Source: Mytilus trossulus
Lineage: Eukaryota
DNA length: 64,000 nt
NCBI RefSeq assembly: GCF_036588685.1
Contig: NC_086381.1
Span: 61,566,001-61,630,000, forward strand
Direction: 5' to 3'
A program made the translations under genes and the position numbers. The notes below the pieces were generated by a model, which had not been told where the DNA came from, did not search any database, and saw only the letters and a program-made list of their open reading frames with translations. Of the stretch, positions 1 to 13,391 are shown piece after piece; positions within the stretch are counted from its first letter, which is position 1, and the number at the start of each line of letters is the position of its first letter.

Positions 1-774
1 CTTACGTTCTCGCACATGTAATTGTTTACCTTTGTTTTTGACCAATCCACTTAATGAGTAACAATGCATGATGGACTACTACGTGTTTACAATCAACGAA
101 GAACACGTGTTATTTGATGAATTACTACACATTTTTTCGTGCAATGCTAGATGCATAATTTCACTTAGTTTTTCATTTTGTGTATCCTCATTTTTAGTTC
201 GTGATATAAAGTATTACTTCCATGCTCAGATTAACGACGAGTTGTTTCTATGCGGAGAAAAATGTGTTTGAATAACCCGAAATATAACCATTAACATGTT
301 TGATGATGGCACAGAGATTTCATGTATTTGTCCACCAGACAGCAACAAAACAACAGCGAAAAAATACAACTACCCATGATACAAACTTACTAGTGTAAAA
401 TAAGCCGTCGATAACAGCCGGTGCTGACATTCACGAGTACAACAATGTTCGTATAGATAACTAAAGGCAAATGTGGGATCCTGGAAATTTGTGTTCGTAA
501 AAATTGCGAAGAAATATTTACATACATGGCAGTGTTAACAAAATCTATTTTGTTGTTACATTTCAGTATATGGGACTTCCAAACTGTTCCTTTGATTTGA
601 AGGTAGTGAAGTCAGCCACTGTAGTTTCAGTTTGTTTGTTTTTTAACGGGCTCGGACATTTGCCAAACTGAATAAAATCATTACAGCTGATTTATTATAC
701 CTGCAAAGTAAAACTTAGTTGCTTTGCTTGTATAATTGTTAATACAAGCTTCGAAAAAAAGATTGACATCGTTA

Positions 775-779
<5 letters not shown>

Positions 780-811
<32 letters not shown>
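780..811. repeat. (TA)n microsatellite
   Basis: Uninterrupted TA dinucleotide run. Confidence 0.95.
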
Positions 812-813
<2 letters not shown>

Positions 814-997
814 CATAGTTAAACTTGTATATTTTATATTTTGTACAATATACAAACAAATCAATCAAGCTAAGCAAAGTCTTGCTCGACATGCATTATG
901 AAATAAGCTGTAATAATTTTATCCATATGTATATGCGACAAGGTGGACAATTTTATATGTTTTGTGAAAATTGCAGCGCTGGATCTATAATAAAAAA

Positions 998-1256
998 AGA
1001 AGATGTGGTATGATTGCCAATGGACCAGCTGTCTAGAAGAGACCAAAATGACACAGAAATTAACTTTTATAGATCACCGTACGGCTTTCAACATTGAACA
1101 AAGCCCATACCGCATAGTCAGCTATAAAAGGCCCCGATATGACAATGTAAAACAATTAAAACGAGAAAACTTACGACCTTAATCATATAAAATAAACGTA
1201 CGAAAAACAAATATGTAACACATAAACAAACGACAACCACTGAAACACATGCTCCT
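998..1256 (+). mobile_element. Abundant dispersed non-autonomous repeat (Helentron/HINE-like family), fragment
   Basis: Begins AGAAGATGTGGTATGATTGCCAAT and continues ...AGCTATAAAAGGCCCC...AAACAAACGACAACCACTG. The same motifs recur at ~34078, ~49483 and ~63358, and in reverse at ~27805-27900. The family assignment is inference. Confidence 0.65.
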
Positions 1257-1704
1257 ATACAATATATCTTTTGTTTCATGGGATAGATTTCTTGTCCTTT
1301 AATATTTAATTGGGCCGGTTTTTTTCTGTTGTTATTTTTTTGTCTGGATTGTTTTACACAAATAATTTTTGGGTCATTAATAGCTTACTTTTCATCATTG
1401 CACCTATGACTGCTTACTTTACTAAATTATGTCTTTGTTGGAAAGATGTCTCATTTGGCACTTATACCTCATCTTCTTATTTCTATATACAAAACACGTT
1501 TTAGAAAGAAAAAAAAGGTAATATGGCACCCACTATGATCCAGAGACTTTTAATATTGGAGATATTTTACATATGTCAACAGGACTGCAGCCGAACGATA
1601 AAAAAAACCTCTGATGTATTGTTTGTGATAAAATTAACAATAAACGGATATTATTGATGGATGAAACTATAAAAAAATGTATTGAGCTATATACCGTACT
1701 CGCG

Positions 1705-1855
1705 CAGTGGCGGATCCAGGGGGCGGGGGTTCCTGGGGATGGACCCCATTCTTTTTGGAAGATCAGTGCATTTGGATGGGGACATGTAGTTGGAACTCCC
1801 TCCCCTTTTGTCCGGGCTAGGACCCCCCTTTTTAAAATGGCTTGATCCGCCCCTG
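1705..1855. mobile_element. GC-rich MITE with imperfect TIRs
   Basis: CAGTGGCGGATCCAG at the left end, CTTGATCCGCCCCTG at the right end (rc CAGGGGCGGATCAAG). No clear TSD. Confidence 0.7.
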
Positions 1856-2405
1856 ATATTAACGCTAAAGTCAAATTTGAGGTATACATGCAAGTCTTTA
1901 AATGAGACAAAAAACGCTGTGTCTGTTTTCTGTAGTACTGGACGGTACATTAAAGTTTGAACAATAAATTAAAAGAACATAAAAACGTATAACATTAATT
2001 ACATATTGAACTCCAATGCTAATAAAAAAGAGGAAATTTCCATGAAAATAGACAAAATTAAACGCCTTGTTTGCACGTGTTTTTTTTTATGTTTACTATT
2101 ACATATCTATATCGTACTATCAACAACAACTATGTCTTTAGTGGTTTTTGATTACAAGCTTATAAACTTTCTAACTTGTTACAAAATTTTCCTCATAGTG
2201 ACTTTGATAAACAATAGAACAGAGCACGTTGAAAGCGTTACAGATAAGCGACATGACAGATCCACAACATTTGTTTTTATTCTTATATGACAATCTATTG
2301 TTATTAACCTTATCATGCTTTTTGGGGGTAAAGCGGAACAACCTGAACAGTATTGTGAATAATGTAAGGTAAACCCAATTATCGAATCGACCCATTAAAA
2401 TCGAA

Positions 2406-2550
2406 ATATTTCATGTCAGCCGTAGATTTGTTTTTATTCAGTCATGGATGGGGCAGTTATATAAGTATTTTACCCCTCGCTAACGCTCATGATGAAATAG
2501 TCCAACCCATGGTTACTGAAAACAAATCTACGGCTGCCAGGAATTATAAT
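2406..2550. repeat. Foldback/palindromic non-autonomous element
   Basis: CAGCCGTAGATTTGTTTT (2417) and AAAACAAATCTACGGCTG (ends 2536) are perfect inverted arms around a central CCTCGCTAACGCTC motif. Confidence 0.65.
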
Positions 2551-4506
2551 ACATATATTACTTGATTTTCCATGCGTTCCCATTTGTTTACGTGAAAGTT
2601 GGTAACTATGTTGTATTGAATGTGTTCTTTAATATGTCTAAGTATCAGTCATTTCTATTCACCTTCAAGCTAGAATACGTGTGTTTACAATCACAGTTTT
2701 CCTCTTGTACATTTGTGTAGTTTGCCGACGTTATGTAGCTAAGGTCAATACTAATTGAAAAATATATACGATTTAGTGTATGGGATATTTATAATTCAAT
2801 ATCTGTACATTTTTTACTATTTCGATTATAAGAGAAAAATGACGTTTACTTCTACAGGTCTATTTCAGTAAACCTTAACCATCTAAGTATCTTGAACATT
2901 TTCACCTTGTTCTATAAATTGAAGTTTTATATGACTTTAACTGTACTGGGGACCTTGCAATCTATTTTGTATTCTATATTTTTAAGGTGATATTTAGATT
3001 TTTTGGAAATGCCCAATGTTCAGTCATCAAGAATATGATCAGTATGTATTACAATATTTCCCATGCCTATTAATTACATAAAGAAGTCATTAATATCATT
3101 TCATCAATTACCAAGTCAAGTGTTGTGTTATTTGAAAGCAAATCACTGCAGACATCTACGGAAACATGGTAGGAAATAGATAGCAATCTTAAAACATTCC
3201 CATTATAACTAGATGTTTCTACATACAAAAGAGGAAGATGCTTACAGTTTATGTATCTTTGCCCCAATCAAATGCTTTTCTTTGAAACCACTTGTACGCC
3301 TATAAATAGCTAAATGATATATAAACCACTAATATAAATCGTTTGCATGTGAAGGTCCAGTTGTTAATTATAAAAAGAAAGAAAGAAAAAAAAACCATCT
3401 TTATAACTGAGGATTACTTTTTGGGGTAAGTATATTAAAAATAAGTTCAAAACCGCCGCGAAAAGTTGTGTAAACAGGGTGCATGACTGGCAATAGACGT
3501 TCTATTGGTAGTTGTTACTTCTTCACCACGCAGGTCTCTTAAGAGTAAGAGCAACTACTGGTTGTCTCGAAGTCATATCAGGTTCTATGAAGTGTAATAC
3601 GTGTTTTTCTAGCTTATTTTTAGTCCGGCTCATAGTGTTAAATACACAGTAGGGTTCAATTGTATAACGCATTTATATGTGCTTGTTTATTATATACATT
3701 GTATTACCATAGTACATTAAACAGCAATTCCAACATCGTAACAACAAATTGTCAAATGATTGATAGAACTACAAAGAGAGCCACTGTGGTCAGTTTCCTA
3801 CACAACATACATGTACATGCGACTCTTAATTTTTATATTAAGTCCTACTTGCCTTCCTTTCCTTTTAAACTAAATTTAGATGTGTTTAATGTTAAGATAA
3901 TTGGAATTCAATGAGCAGAAATGAATAACAATTTAGCATTTAAATAAATGTTCATGACATCAACTCTGTGATACTCATAATTAACCGTCTTGATTATGAA
4001 GTTGTATCATGCACGCTACGAGTGCGAATGGCTGTGAAGTTCATCAACAACATGACCAAACGAAGTCATATAGAGTTTGTAAGCTCTGATTAAACGCTTA
4101 TTGAACTGAATAAAGTAGAGATAGCAACACTTTTGTGTTAGGAGTCAGAATAATGTGTCCATGTAAGGTGACATGTTCTCGTACTCACTGTTATATTGTA
4201 ATGTGTACGTGAATTAGGGGACATGCGTACATGGTTTTCATAATAATTTTCTACTTTATCATCAATCATATATGCAATTAGGTTATAACCGTGACAAATC
4301 ATTATTAAAATTATAATAAATAACTATTTAATTGGCAATTTGGTGTAAGCGTCATATATTTTAAATCGCGACCCTTCTGTTCAAACAAGAATATTCCTAT
4401 ACAAATCAGACTGAAAATTAAGATAAAAACAAACTCATTATTTTTAATGATTTGGCAAACAATGCAACATATATGCAATTTATACAGATATCTTTGTTAA
4501 TTTCAG

Positions 4507-4662
4507 GTTTGACCATGAGAGTAAATATTTCCAATATCATGTGGCGTGGCCATCAAGATACCACAGACAGCTTGACCCTTATGCACTGTATTAAAACTGT
4601 GCCAACGGTCATGAACAATACCATCACAACACCATTTTGGAGTATCAAAACAACGACATCAG
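4507..4662 (+). CDS. XK-related protein, exon A (Ser/Thr-rich N-terminal segment; ATG at 4515, or continues from an upstream exon)
   Basis: tttcag| acceptor and |gtgag donor. Phase-1 join gives TTTS-D-TSSSINESSEVKT, in frame with the next exon. Confidence 0.65.
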
Positions 4663-5310
4663 GTGAGTAGATATTTCATTTTAATTGTTGATATCAAATA
4701 CATGTAATAAGTCATATTTATTCTGACCCTAACAATACTACACACGAAACAATTTGCAATCCAGACAACCAAACAAATCATCAGATATCTTCATGGTTAT
4801 CTTACTTTTTGATTGACATGGGTGTAAGAGTTTCTGCATGAATAATCTTAGACATGGATCTTTAAAAAAAAATGGGTGAACATACCAATCCTAAATTCTT
4901 TTAAATCAGTAAATTGATTGCAATCCAATTTTCACCGGTACGGCAAACCACAGAATTCGCCCTTTCATTTTAAAAGTGATGTATATCCCCAGTATGCGAC
5001 ACGTTCTAAAAGAACTACGGTTGATCTCAAACAATAATATCTGTTTGCAGATTTTGAATGGCATACTCGTATTGTGCACTGAAAGGTACTACTTTTGAAT
5101 AGTTTAACGCGTTTAATTACAAAAAGACGTGTTAACATCTCATTGGCATTTCATGCAATTCTTTAAGATGGTGTTAAATGTTCAATACGCAAGGTTCTTA
5201 GTTACAAAAAGAAATTTTATAAAAAAAATAATTATTAACACATCCGTTTTAAAAGGGGATTATTATGCTATAAACTTATACTATTAATTTACACTAAAAT
5301 ATATTTACAG

Positions 5311-5773
5311 ACACATCGTCATCGATAAATGAATCGTCAGAAGTAAAAACAATGGTTATTATGATATTTGTTATGGTCATGCTGGTTATATTGTATGCAG
5401 CTGGTTATCGACTGTGCTCCAAGGAAAAGTACATTCAGCATGAGTCTTTGAAGGAGGCCGCACTCCATATTGCACTTACTTTGTTGACATATTTCTTTTA
5501 CCTTTTTGATACTATTTCTGATGTGTTCCTGCTCATACATTACGCAAAGATTGGAGAATTATCATCTTTTTTCGTAGTTTTGGTTTTCACCGTCTTGCCA
5601 GTGCTCTTTATAGCGGCGTATTTTTATACGCAAGTATCCGGAAAAGTCATCACGACGTATTTTGAAAATTGTTGTGCAACATGTGTAAATAAATGTCGAT
5701 GTTGCGGCGTGGCAATCAAGATACTATCAGGATTCCTGTTGAGTCTATATGCAGTATTTTTGCCAACATATAC
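5311..5773 (+). CDS. XK-related protein, exon B (extra TM helix plus first XK helices)
   Basis: tttacag| acceptor and AC|gtatgt donor. Contains LLTYFFYLFDTISDVFLLIHY, matching the XK TM1 DxxS/TD motif, followed by further hydrophobic helices. Confidence 0.85.
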
Positions 5774-6687
5774 GTATGTTATGTAATGTTAACATATGTT
5801 TATTGTAAAGAAAACACAAACACACATCATATGTATTTAAACACGTTTTACATAATCAATAAGAAAAAAATTGTAAATTTCAAATGTCATAATCAAGGAA
5901 AGATAGGACTCAGTTACACTGTTATGTTAATAACAATTGTCTATTAAAAGTGTCTTTGAGTATATATCTTGAATGAAAATTGGTACTATTTAATAAATTT
6001 TGGGGGAATTCAACAAAAGCAAAACATGAGCTAAAAGAAAAAAATATTAGATGATTGATCAAAGACAATGAAAAGTATGGCTCTCTGGGATCATTCAGAG
6101 TAATATCTTCTAGAAGGGTCACACATGTAGAAGAGGTCGAAGGGTCAAGATCAGACTTAAAATATCTAAAACAGATTTTTCATTTTAATATCTTCTTTTT
6201 TTTAAATGTGGTGCAAGATCTGTTCACAAATTAGATCTGAGAAATGCATTAAAAACCGTTTGACACTTCATACTGTACACTACCAGCTCGAATTGTTTAT
6301 AACATAAATGTTCCGATTTCAAGTGTCAAGTACAGCATGTACAATAGGCTTACAATTAAATAGTCAATAAAATATGTATTGCATTGACTTTGTTGGTATA
6401 CTTAATTGCAAATTGAGGTATCATACCACCAATCACTTACATATCCTTGTAGAATGGCGAGTTGCGGTATTAACTACTAGTAAGATGTACTGTTTTTGTG
6501 TAATTTAGTCAACGTATGGTGTTCTTCTCAAAACCCTGAAATTTCGCAGATAAATATACACGCGTAGCAGAATAGTTCCATATTAATACGAAAAACAAAT
6601 GTTGCATGTCAAATGTGTAAACGTTCAATGGTTCCATCTTTTCATGGTTTCGTAGTTGAATATTTATTGTAATACTTACAATAACAG

Positions 6688-6848
6688 GCATGCTCAAGCA
6701 CTCGCACAAGGGAAACAACCAGATAGAAAATTGGAATATACTCTAGCTTACCTTACTCTCGTCGAAGCTACAGTAGAGTCAGCTCCACAGCTAACAATAC
6801 AAATATACCTGTCAATTACGAATACGCTCACTGCCACTACTCAAACAA
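6688..6848 (+). CDS. XK-related protein, exon C
   Basis: aacag| acceptor and A|gtaagt donor. Encodes LVEATVESAPQLTIQIY, the XK/CED-8 signature (EAxxESAPQxxxQxY). Confidence 0.9.
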
Positions 6849-7919
6849 GTAAGTAACTGTAGAAATTAAACTAAAGCGAAGAGGGAAAGACAATTAGTTT
6901 CATTTTACCCGTAGGCAAAGATAAAGATAACACTATATGACGCAACAATGCAAAGTATTAGTCGAGAAAAAAGACATGTCAAAAGCAATTAAAAGCACCC
7001 CCAAATATCAGACCTCTTCATTGAATTAGTAAATATCGCTTTAACTTATTAAAAGTGTTTTGTATTTCTATTTAATGAAATTTTATTTTCTAATAAATAA
7101 CTTGTGTTAATGATTTACCAAACGAGCATTTGTGTTTTGCCTTTCAATATGTGTACTTTGTTCATTTTTTTTTTATTTTTGTAAGATCATTTACATACAC
7201 ATATTCAAACACACATAACATTTTGTATGGAATCCGATGTGGTTGTTATCAACGTAATTTGACATTTTTTTATTGGAAAAGCCTGGAGAAGATTCTAAAA
7301 ATTTCAATATAGTTTTTTTTTAATGTAATGAATCGATGTCCTATTTAATTCAAATGTCTTAGAAATTATTGTTCAATGACATATGCCCTTTGTTTAAAAA
7401 AAACATATGATAAGTCTCCTCTGTTTGTTTTGTTGCATTACCTAATTTGCTGGTTATCTTCCGATCGATTAAAAATAGGGGTCTATGCCATTTTAGTCGT
7501 TCATATATGTTTTCAGAACACCTCGTAGCATGTTCTGTGGAACATGATATATACCTACACACGAACTTCATTTTTTAGCATATTTGAAAATAAAAAGGTA
7601 ATACTTTGGATAAAAAATATCAACATCAACTATATGAATAAGGTGTTCATCAGAAATTATAATATTATAAATATTTATTGTGTATTTTTTAAGTCGTAAT
7701 TAAAAATATCAGTTCTTCAAGCCCTATGCAATATGACTTGCTGCAAATTTGTTGAGTTGGCATAAGAATACATGCAATTGTTTTCCGAAAAGTATATTGT
7801 GGCTGTACACTTTAAATGACTGTTAAGTTCAGTCACAATGTATACATGTAGCATACCAAATCATTATGGTTAACTTTTAACATATAGTAACACCAGTAAC
7901 ATTCTGATTTTTGTTGCAG

Positions 7920-8530
7920 AGATACTTCGTTATATGAATATAAGTGCATCTTCCTTAGGATTGGCTTGGTCTTTGAATGCCTTCAAACATCAATATCGAA
8001 AGACGAAACAGAACCAAGAAGATGGCATTTTAATAAAAGTCATTCACTGGATATCACGGTTTGCTGAAATTGTGCCACGTATCATCTTAATTGCGCTTAT
8101 TATGGCTGAATATAGCTATTATGTTTCATTTTTTATAGCTTATCGTCTTCTACATGGACTGATGTACATCTGCAGTAAAGGAAACAATGTTCTGGACTTA
8201 TTGTTGGGAATATTTGGCAACATATTTTGCTTTTCTGTTTCTCGCATTTATCGGTGCCACAAGAAAGAACACTGTGGGAGAATATTCTTTCCATTTTACT
8301 ACATTTTATTTTATTTTGAAAACGCTTGCATGTTGTATCTATGGTACAGTGATGATTTGGTTTTACTTTCGATAAAGATTGGGGGCGCGTGTTCAAACCA
8401 TACAGGGATTGTGCCTTATGTATTCATTGTTGTCATTTTGGGGTTCATTGTTCAACCGTCGTGTCTGTTACTTTACTATCGGTTACGTAAAAAACAGCAT
8501 ACACCAAACGATACAAACACATCTGAATAG
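7920..8530 (+). CDS. XK-related protein, terminal exon D
   Basis: ttgcag| acceptor, in frame (K-ILRYMNISASSLGLAWSL). Contains XK motifs SRFAEIVPRIILIAL and YYILFYFENACM; stop at 8528-8530. The spliced CDS from ATG 4515 is 1383 nt (460 aa) with consistent phases. Confidence 0.9.
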
Positions 8531-10740
8531 AAACTATTTCGCAATCAAGCATGATTATAGCAACTGATAGGTTTCATAGTTGTAACCATAATCTTGACTA
8601 CCTTTTAGGCGTTATTAAATTTGCACTTTTAAAAAAAATAAGCAGAATTTATCTTTGTTTCAAATAAAGAATTACTTGGCATGACTATCTTTATCCTGTC
8701 CAGTACTATAGAAATAATTTCACATAACCAGTCATTGCATATAAGAAAATAACCATCATTGGAAGTTAACCAATCTCATTTATACCATTATTTCATCTGT
8801 GTACTAGGTTTAGTCACCATGTAACCTCAAGATTCCGAAATATTCTATAGAAATCCCAAATCAAAAGTAATGGTGTTTTGAAATACCCAAGAAATATGTT
8901 TATGACACAGAAATGTTTTACTGCAATTTAATGTAGGATTAATTACCAACAACTGTCAAATTCAATGGAATATTTTGTTATGACCTGTTTTTGTATACAA
9001 CCGGATGTGACGTACCATGACTTGGTGGCATTACACCTTAATCGTTTGAACATCTACGAACGATAGTATTAACTTTACACGATTAAATTGATTGCGAAAC
9101 ATTATTATGTCACTGCTAACACTATACACTCACTTTAGATCATCGAAAGATTTTGCTGTGCCTCTTGTTTCTCAATCGTCTTTCCCTGTACTGTCATCTA
9201 TGTTTTGTTGAAGGGAATGTATATTGTCGCTTTTTGTCAATTTTTGTCACATTGTTCCCCACACATTTTTTACTTTTATGCTTTCAATGTTTCTTTGGTA
9301 TTTTCATTATCACTTGCAATTAGGAAAATTGTTGTTTAAACCGTTGTTTAAACTAATTATGCGATCAATTAAGCAATTTGCTATTTAATGACACAGACAT
9401 TATAAAAAATTGAAGTAATAGAGGTATGTACATATATGAAGCGTGTATTCTTTTGAAAGAACTCAACAATATTATGTTTTTTCAGTCTCAGAGGAGATTA
9501 TCACAAGGACAAATAATAGATTTTACCAGACTTAAATCTGACAAGCAGCCTCATGGATGTTAAGACAATCGGAAATAAAGTTTGTCGAAATTTTGTTTGC
9601 ATTCGGATGAAAAACTAAGCTCTAAAAAAATCATATAAAGTTAAGTTCTCAAATAATTTTCATGTAATTGAAGGAAACATTTGTGAAAATACTTTTTTTT
9701 AATCAATATCATGACACTTTAAGTGTTGACCAGGTTTCTTACACTGATTTACAAAGTATTTATAAATCAATTATGGAAACAAGAATCGATTGCAGGTTCG
9801 TTCAATGTCCACTCCTGCATCCAATCGTTTGATCATGTATATATTTTACTAATTGCTAGACCTGTATATCAATAATGTACACATTGGTGCATTTTTTTTT
9901 TATGTATTTAAAAAAAAAATGTGGTTTTGTTCAGCCAAACATAATTTGTAATTTCAATTTAGAGACAGGCAGCTATAGGTTTTACGATGTAAATAGAAAA
10001 ATTTGCCCTGCAGAAGCAATTGTTTTGAACATAACATATAAATTTTCATTTTAAATTATGTTATACATTGCTGTATACTTATGAATATAAAACCATTTGT
10101 TTGTGTATATAAGTGTGATCAACAAATAATTTAGGAACATATTAAATATTGTCAAAATCTTTAATTTGTTGGTTTTTTTTTCTTTATCTATTATATCATT
10201 ATAGTCATACCGACCTACAGAAGGATATTGACAAAATCCACGGCCGATATGCTTCTCAATGTGAAAATAAAGTCATATTTACATCAGCCAAAGGCTTCAA
10301 ATGATATATTATTAATCAACACCTTTGGCATGGCCACACACAATTAGTGGTGTCTATAACTGTTTGTCCTAAGCTAAGCATAACAGTATGGGCGTGCAAA
10401 TTGAGTAAACACAAATGCACATGTAATCAGTATATGAAAATTAAGTATAGCCCCTACCGTTAGTAGTTTTACAATCATAAAAATATGAAAGAAACATATT
10501 CATATCATGTTACCAACTGTTTTTCTTGACGGTTATCGTGTGGACAAGCACGTTTGAAATCCGGAACAACTTGTCGTTTCGTTACAAAACAGGGTTAATT
10601 TTCATATTGCGTTAACGTGTATTTTTTCCTTTAGAAAGTGTACATGTATGTGTATACCGCCATCACGAATTGTACAATCACAGTAAATAATCTGTCTAGT
10701 TCTTTGCACAAATCTGCAATTTTGGAGACAGATATACAAT

Positions 10741-10903
10741 ATATTGGTTACACTCTTTGGAATTTTGGATCCTCAATGCTCTTCAACTTTGTACTTGTTT
10801 GGGTTTAAAAATATTTTTGATTTGAGCGTCACTGATGAGTCTTGTGTAAACGAAACGCGCGTCTGGCGTACTAAATTATAATCCTGGTACCTTTGATAAC
10901 TAT
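10741..10903 (+). mobile_element. Retrozyme/Penelope-type short repeat fragment carrying a hammerhead ribozyme
   Basis: Homologous (in reverse) to 28838-29151 and to the degenerate copy at ~55059-55172. Ends ...ATCCTGGTACCTTTGATAACTAT. Confidence 0.75.
10826..10869 (+). ncRNA. Minimal type I hammerhead ribozyme
   Basis: GCGTCA-CTGATGA-GTCT TGTGT AAAC-GAAAC-GCGC-GTC^TGGCGT. Complete core (CUGAUGA, GAAA, GUC). Stem I GCGTCA/TGGCGT, stem II with one mismatch, palindromic ACGCGCGT stem III. Predicted cleavage after 10863. Confidence 0.85.
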
Positions 10904-12238
10904 TTAACTATACATGTTATATAAAGAAAACTTATTATTTATTTCATTATCGGTTTTTGTTAGTAAATACCAAGTATTTGTGCTTTTATGGTCATCTTTT
11001 CAAACAAACAATCTAAGGGAAGTTATTCTTTTAGTACACAATCTATGCTGGACTATTTTCATTTTTACTTATAATATATTATTAAACCTATCTTCTCATA
11101 TTTTATTTAAGGATTTTGTCTCATAATTTACTTTTTATGCACAACAATATATGTTTTTTTCATAAATAATCTAAGCAAGTTTTGGCAATTGTCGTTGTTC
11201 TCCTCTTATATTTGATGCGTTTCTCTCACTTTTAGTTTGTTACCCCGATTTGTTTTTTCTCCATGAATTTATGAGTTTTCAACAGCGGTAAATTACAGAT
11301 GCCTTTATTTTAATGATTTTTGTTATGTCCCTGAACTACTTTAAAATGCATTTAATTTGACTCTGGACGTTAAACAATCATTCATCATCGTGATGAACAC
11401 AAAATTAATGAGTATTTGCAACCAATCAGTTGTAACTTTTAATAAATATATACATACCGTAATGAAACAATCAGATAAGGCTGGAAATGTATTTACAAAT
11501 AATGCAAATTCTTTTAGTTGAATAAATATCTTAAGCCAGAAATAATTCCCTACTAAATTAATAAGACACACTTTGATTTCTTTGTTAATTTAGTTAAATG
11601 GTAAGGGATATTGAATAAAATTTCTGTAATTCATCTATCAAAATTCATTATAACAATTAAAAAAACAATAATATGTGAATGAACTCAATTTCATGATACC
11701 TATTAAAGTTTGATATGTTTAAGGCGACTTGAATACTAATGCCTCTTATGATGCAGTAAACAGACCAACTTCCCCTCTTCTTGTGTGTAAACTTATTAAG
11801 TAGAATTGTCGTTATTCTTAAATTATGAGCGCCAATTCTCAAGTATGTCATGTATTCTTTCCTTATTTCAAGTACGCGTACTTATATTTTCATGATTTTA
11901 TCTACATGTAGTGTGAAACAAGGAAGACATAGTTTATCACACTGTTTTGATCATATTTTACTTGTATGACCTTGTAAATAAAAGGCGAAAAATATCGAAG
12001 GAACATTCAAAGTCATTAGTAAGAAAAAAAGAACTGACAAGGCCTAAGCAATTTTGCATCTGTCTTGAAAGATAGCAATCAACACCACCTGGACATACGT
12101 TTGTTATTTTAGTGACATGTCATAATTAATTCAAACCATTCAAACTTTAGTATTTTTCTGCCTAATAGCATCGATTATAAATCTTTATATATAGTGAACT
12201 GAAACCGACTTTTCACGGTTTGGATACCCACATAATAC

Positions 12239-12579
12239 TATAACGTCAAATATACTCCGTCAATACTAAGAAAGAGGAATCCTGAATACTCCGAACTTCA
12301 GAACTTTATTAAACAAATTCAGACGCAGTAACTGCGCTACATGAGCATCAATTAAACATGATAGAAAAATAAAATTATGTAGTACCGCGGGGTCGTCGGT
12401 GGTGCTCCACTGATGGGGGAGACAGATCCGGAAGACGAAAGAGCCTCGCTTCGGATCTGTCAGTTGTAACCTAGAACCAGAACTAGAAGCATCAACGCTG
12501 ATTCTAGCCGATTCCAAATAGTAGTACCAAAGTAGTATATCCTTCAGATATCGTCACGGTAAGTTTAACAAAGCTTACA
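12239..12579 (+). repeat. Putative 5' LTR (start uncertain)
   Basis: Ends ...AAGCTTACA immediately before the PBS. TATAAC at 12239 could be a mutated TGTAAC start. No second copy in the window to confirm it. Confidence 0.4.
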
Positions 12580-12580
12580 T

Positions 12581-12594
12581 TGGCGCTGCGAGCA
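12581..12594 (+). promoter_or_regulatory. Primer binding site, tRNA-Ser type
   Basis: TGGCGCTGCGAGCA is complementary to ...UGCUCGCAGCG-CCA, resembling the 3' ends of animal tRNA-Ser(CGA/UGA). It sits 1 nt after an ACA terminus. Confidence 0.7.
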
Positions 12595-13152
12595 TTTGTT
12601 TTCGAACCAATTCACTCAGGGAGTTGAATTTTACATCGAAATTGCAATTTTCAAGGGGCCAAAACAGCACCTTCATGTTGTTTTTATGGATCCCCGACAG
12701 GTCACCTATTTTCAGTTTTCGCTAACCATAGTTTAGCTAGGTTAGTTTAATTGGGAGGGAGAGTTAAAGCACCGGGAAGGGAACCTTGTGTGGCTAAGTT
12801 TAAGTCACCGTTTTTTTTATTTTTAGGGATTTTTTCATTCCGAGCGGTTTGCGGTGCCCTTGTAGGAACAAGTGTGAACCCCTTACTTGTTCTGCAAAAC
12901 CCTTGTAGAGAATTGTAAACCCCAATCCAATTTCCGCCGCGTATTGCACTCAGTTGACCTACGCAGTTTAACTTCCATTTGCAACCAAAATTAGCAAATC
13001 TTCCAGTTGTAGACAGAAAAAAGAAATTTTAAGTGTCAAATTAAAAACAGCCCATACACATACACTTGCCATTTTATATACACTCCTCTGGGGTCAACTT
13101 ATAAGCTTGATCCCCAATTAAAAAAAGTAGTGTTATTATAAAACCATACAAA

Positions 13153-13280
13153 AAAAGTAAAATCACAAAAATACTGAACTCAGAGGAAAATCAATTTGGA
13201 AAGTCCATAATCACATGGCAAAATCAAAAAACAAAACGCATCAAAAACGAATGGACAAGAACTGTCATATTCCTGACTTG
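13153..13280 (+). mobile_element. 128-bp Helentron/HINE-like terminal fragment inserted in the Gypsy leader
   Basis: Identical to 23361-23488. Confidence 0.85.
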
Positions 13281-13391
13281 TTCTATAACAGTTCTATATT
13301 ATAAATACCCCTTTTCAGTAGATACCCCTGCCCAAGCCCTAAATTTAACCTAAATTGTTTATTGTTTATTTATTGTGTTCCAAGTGTAAAC

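Noticed and set aside
198-380. Possible upstream Ig-like exon of the XK gene (DDGTEISC after a tttttag acceptor)
   Set aside because: In-frame stops and no convincing donor; cannot be supported without transcripts.
12410-12445. CTGATGG...CGAAA resembling a hammerhead core in the putative LTR
   Set aside because: The core is CUGAUGG, not CUGANGA; no stem II closes on the GAAA; and the region is better explained by the 12421-12461 hairpin.
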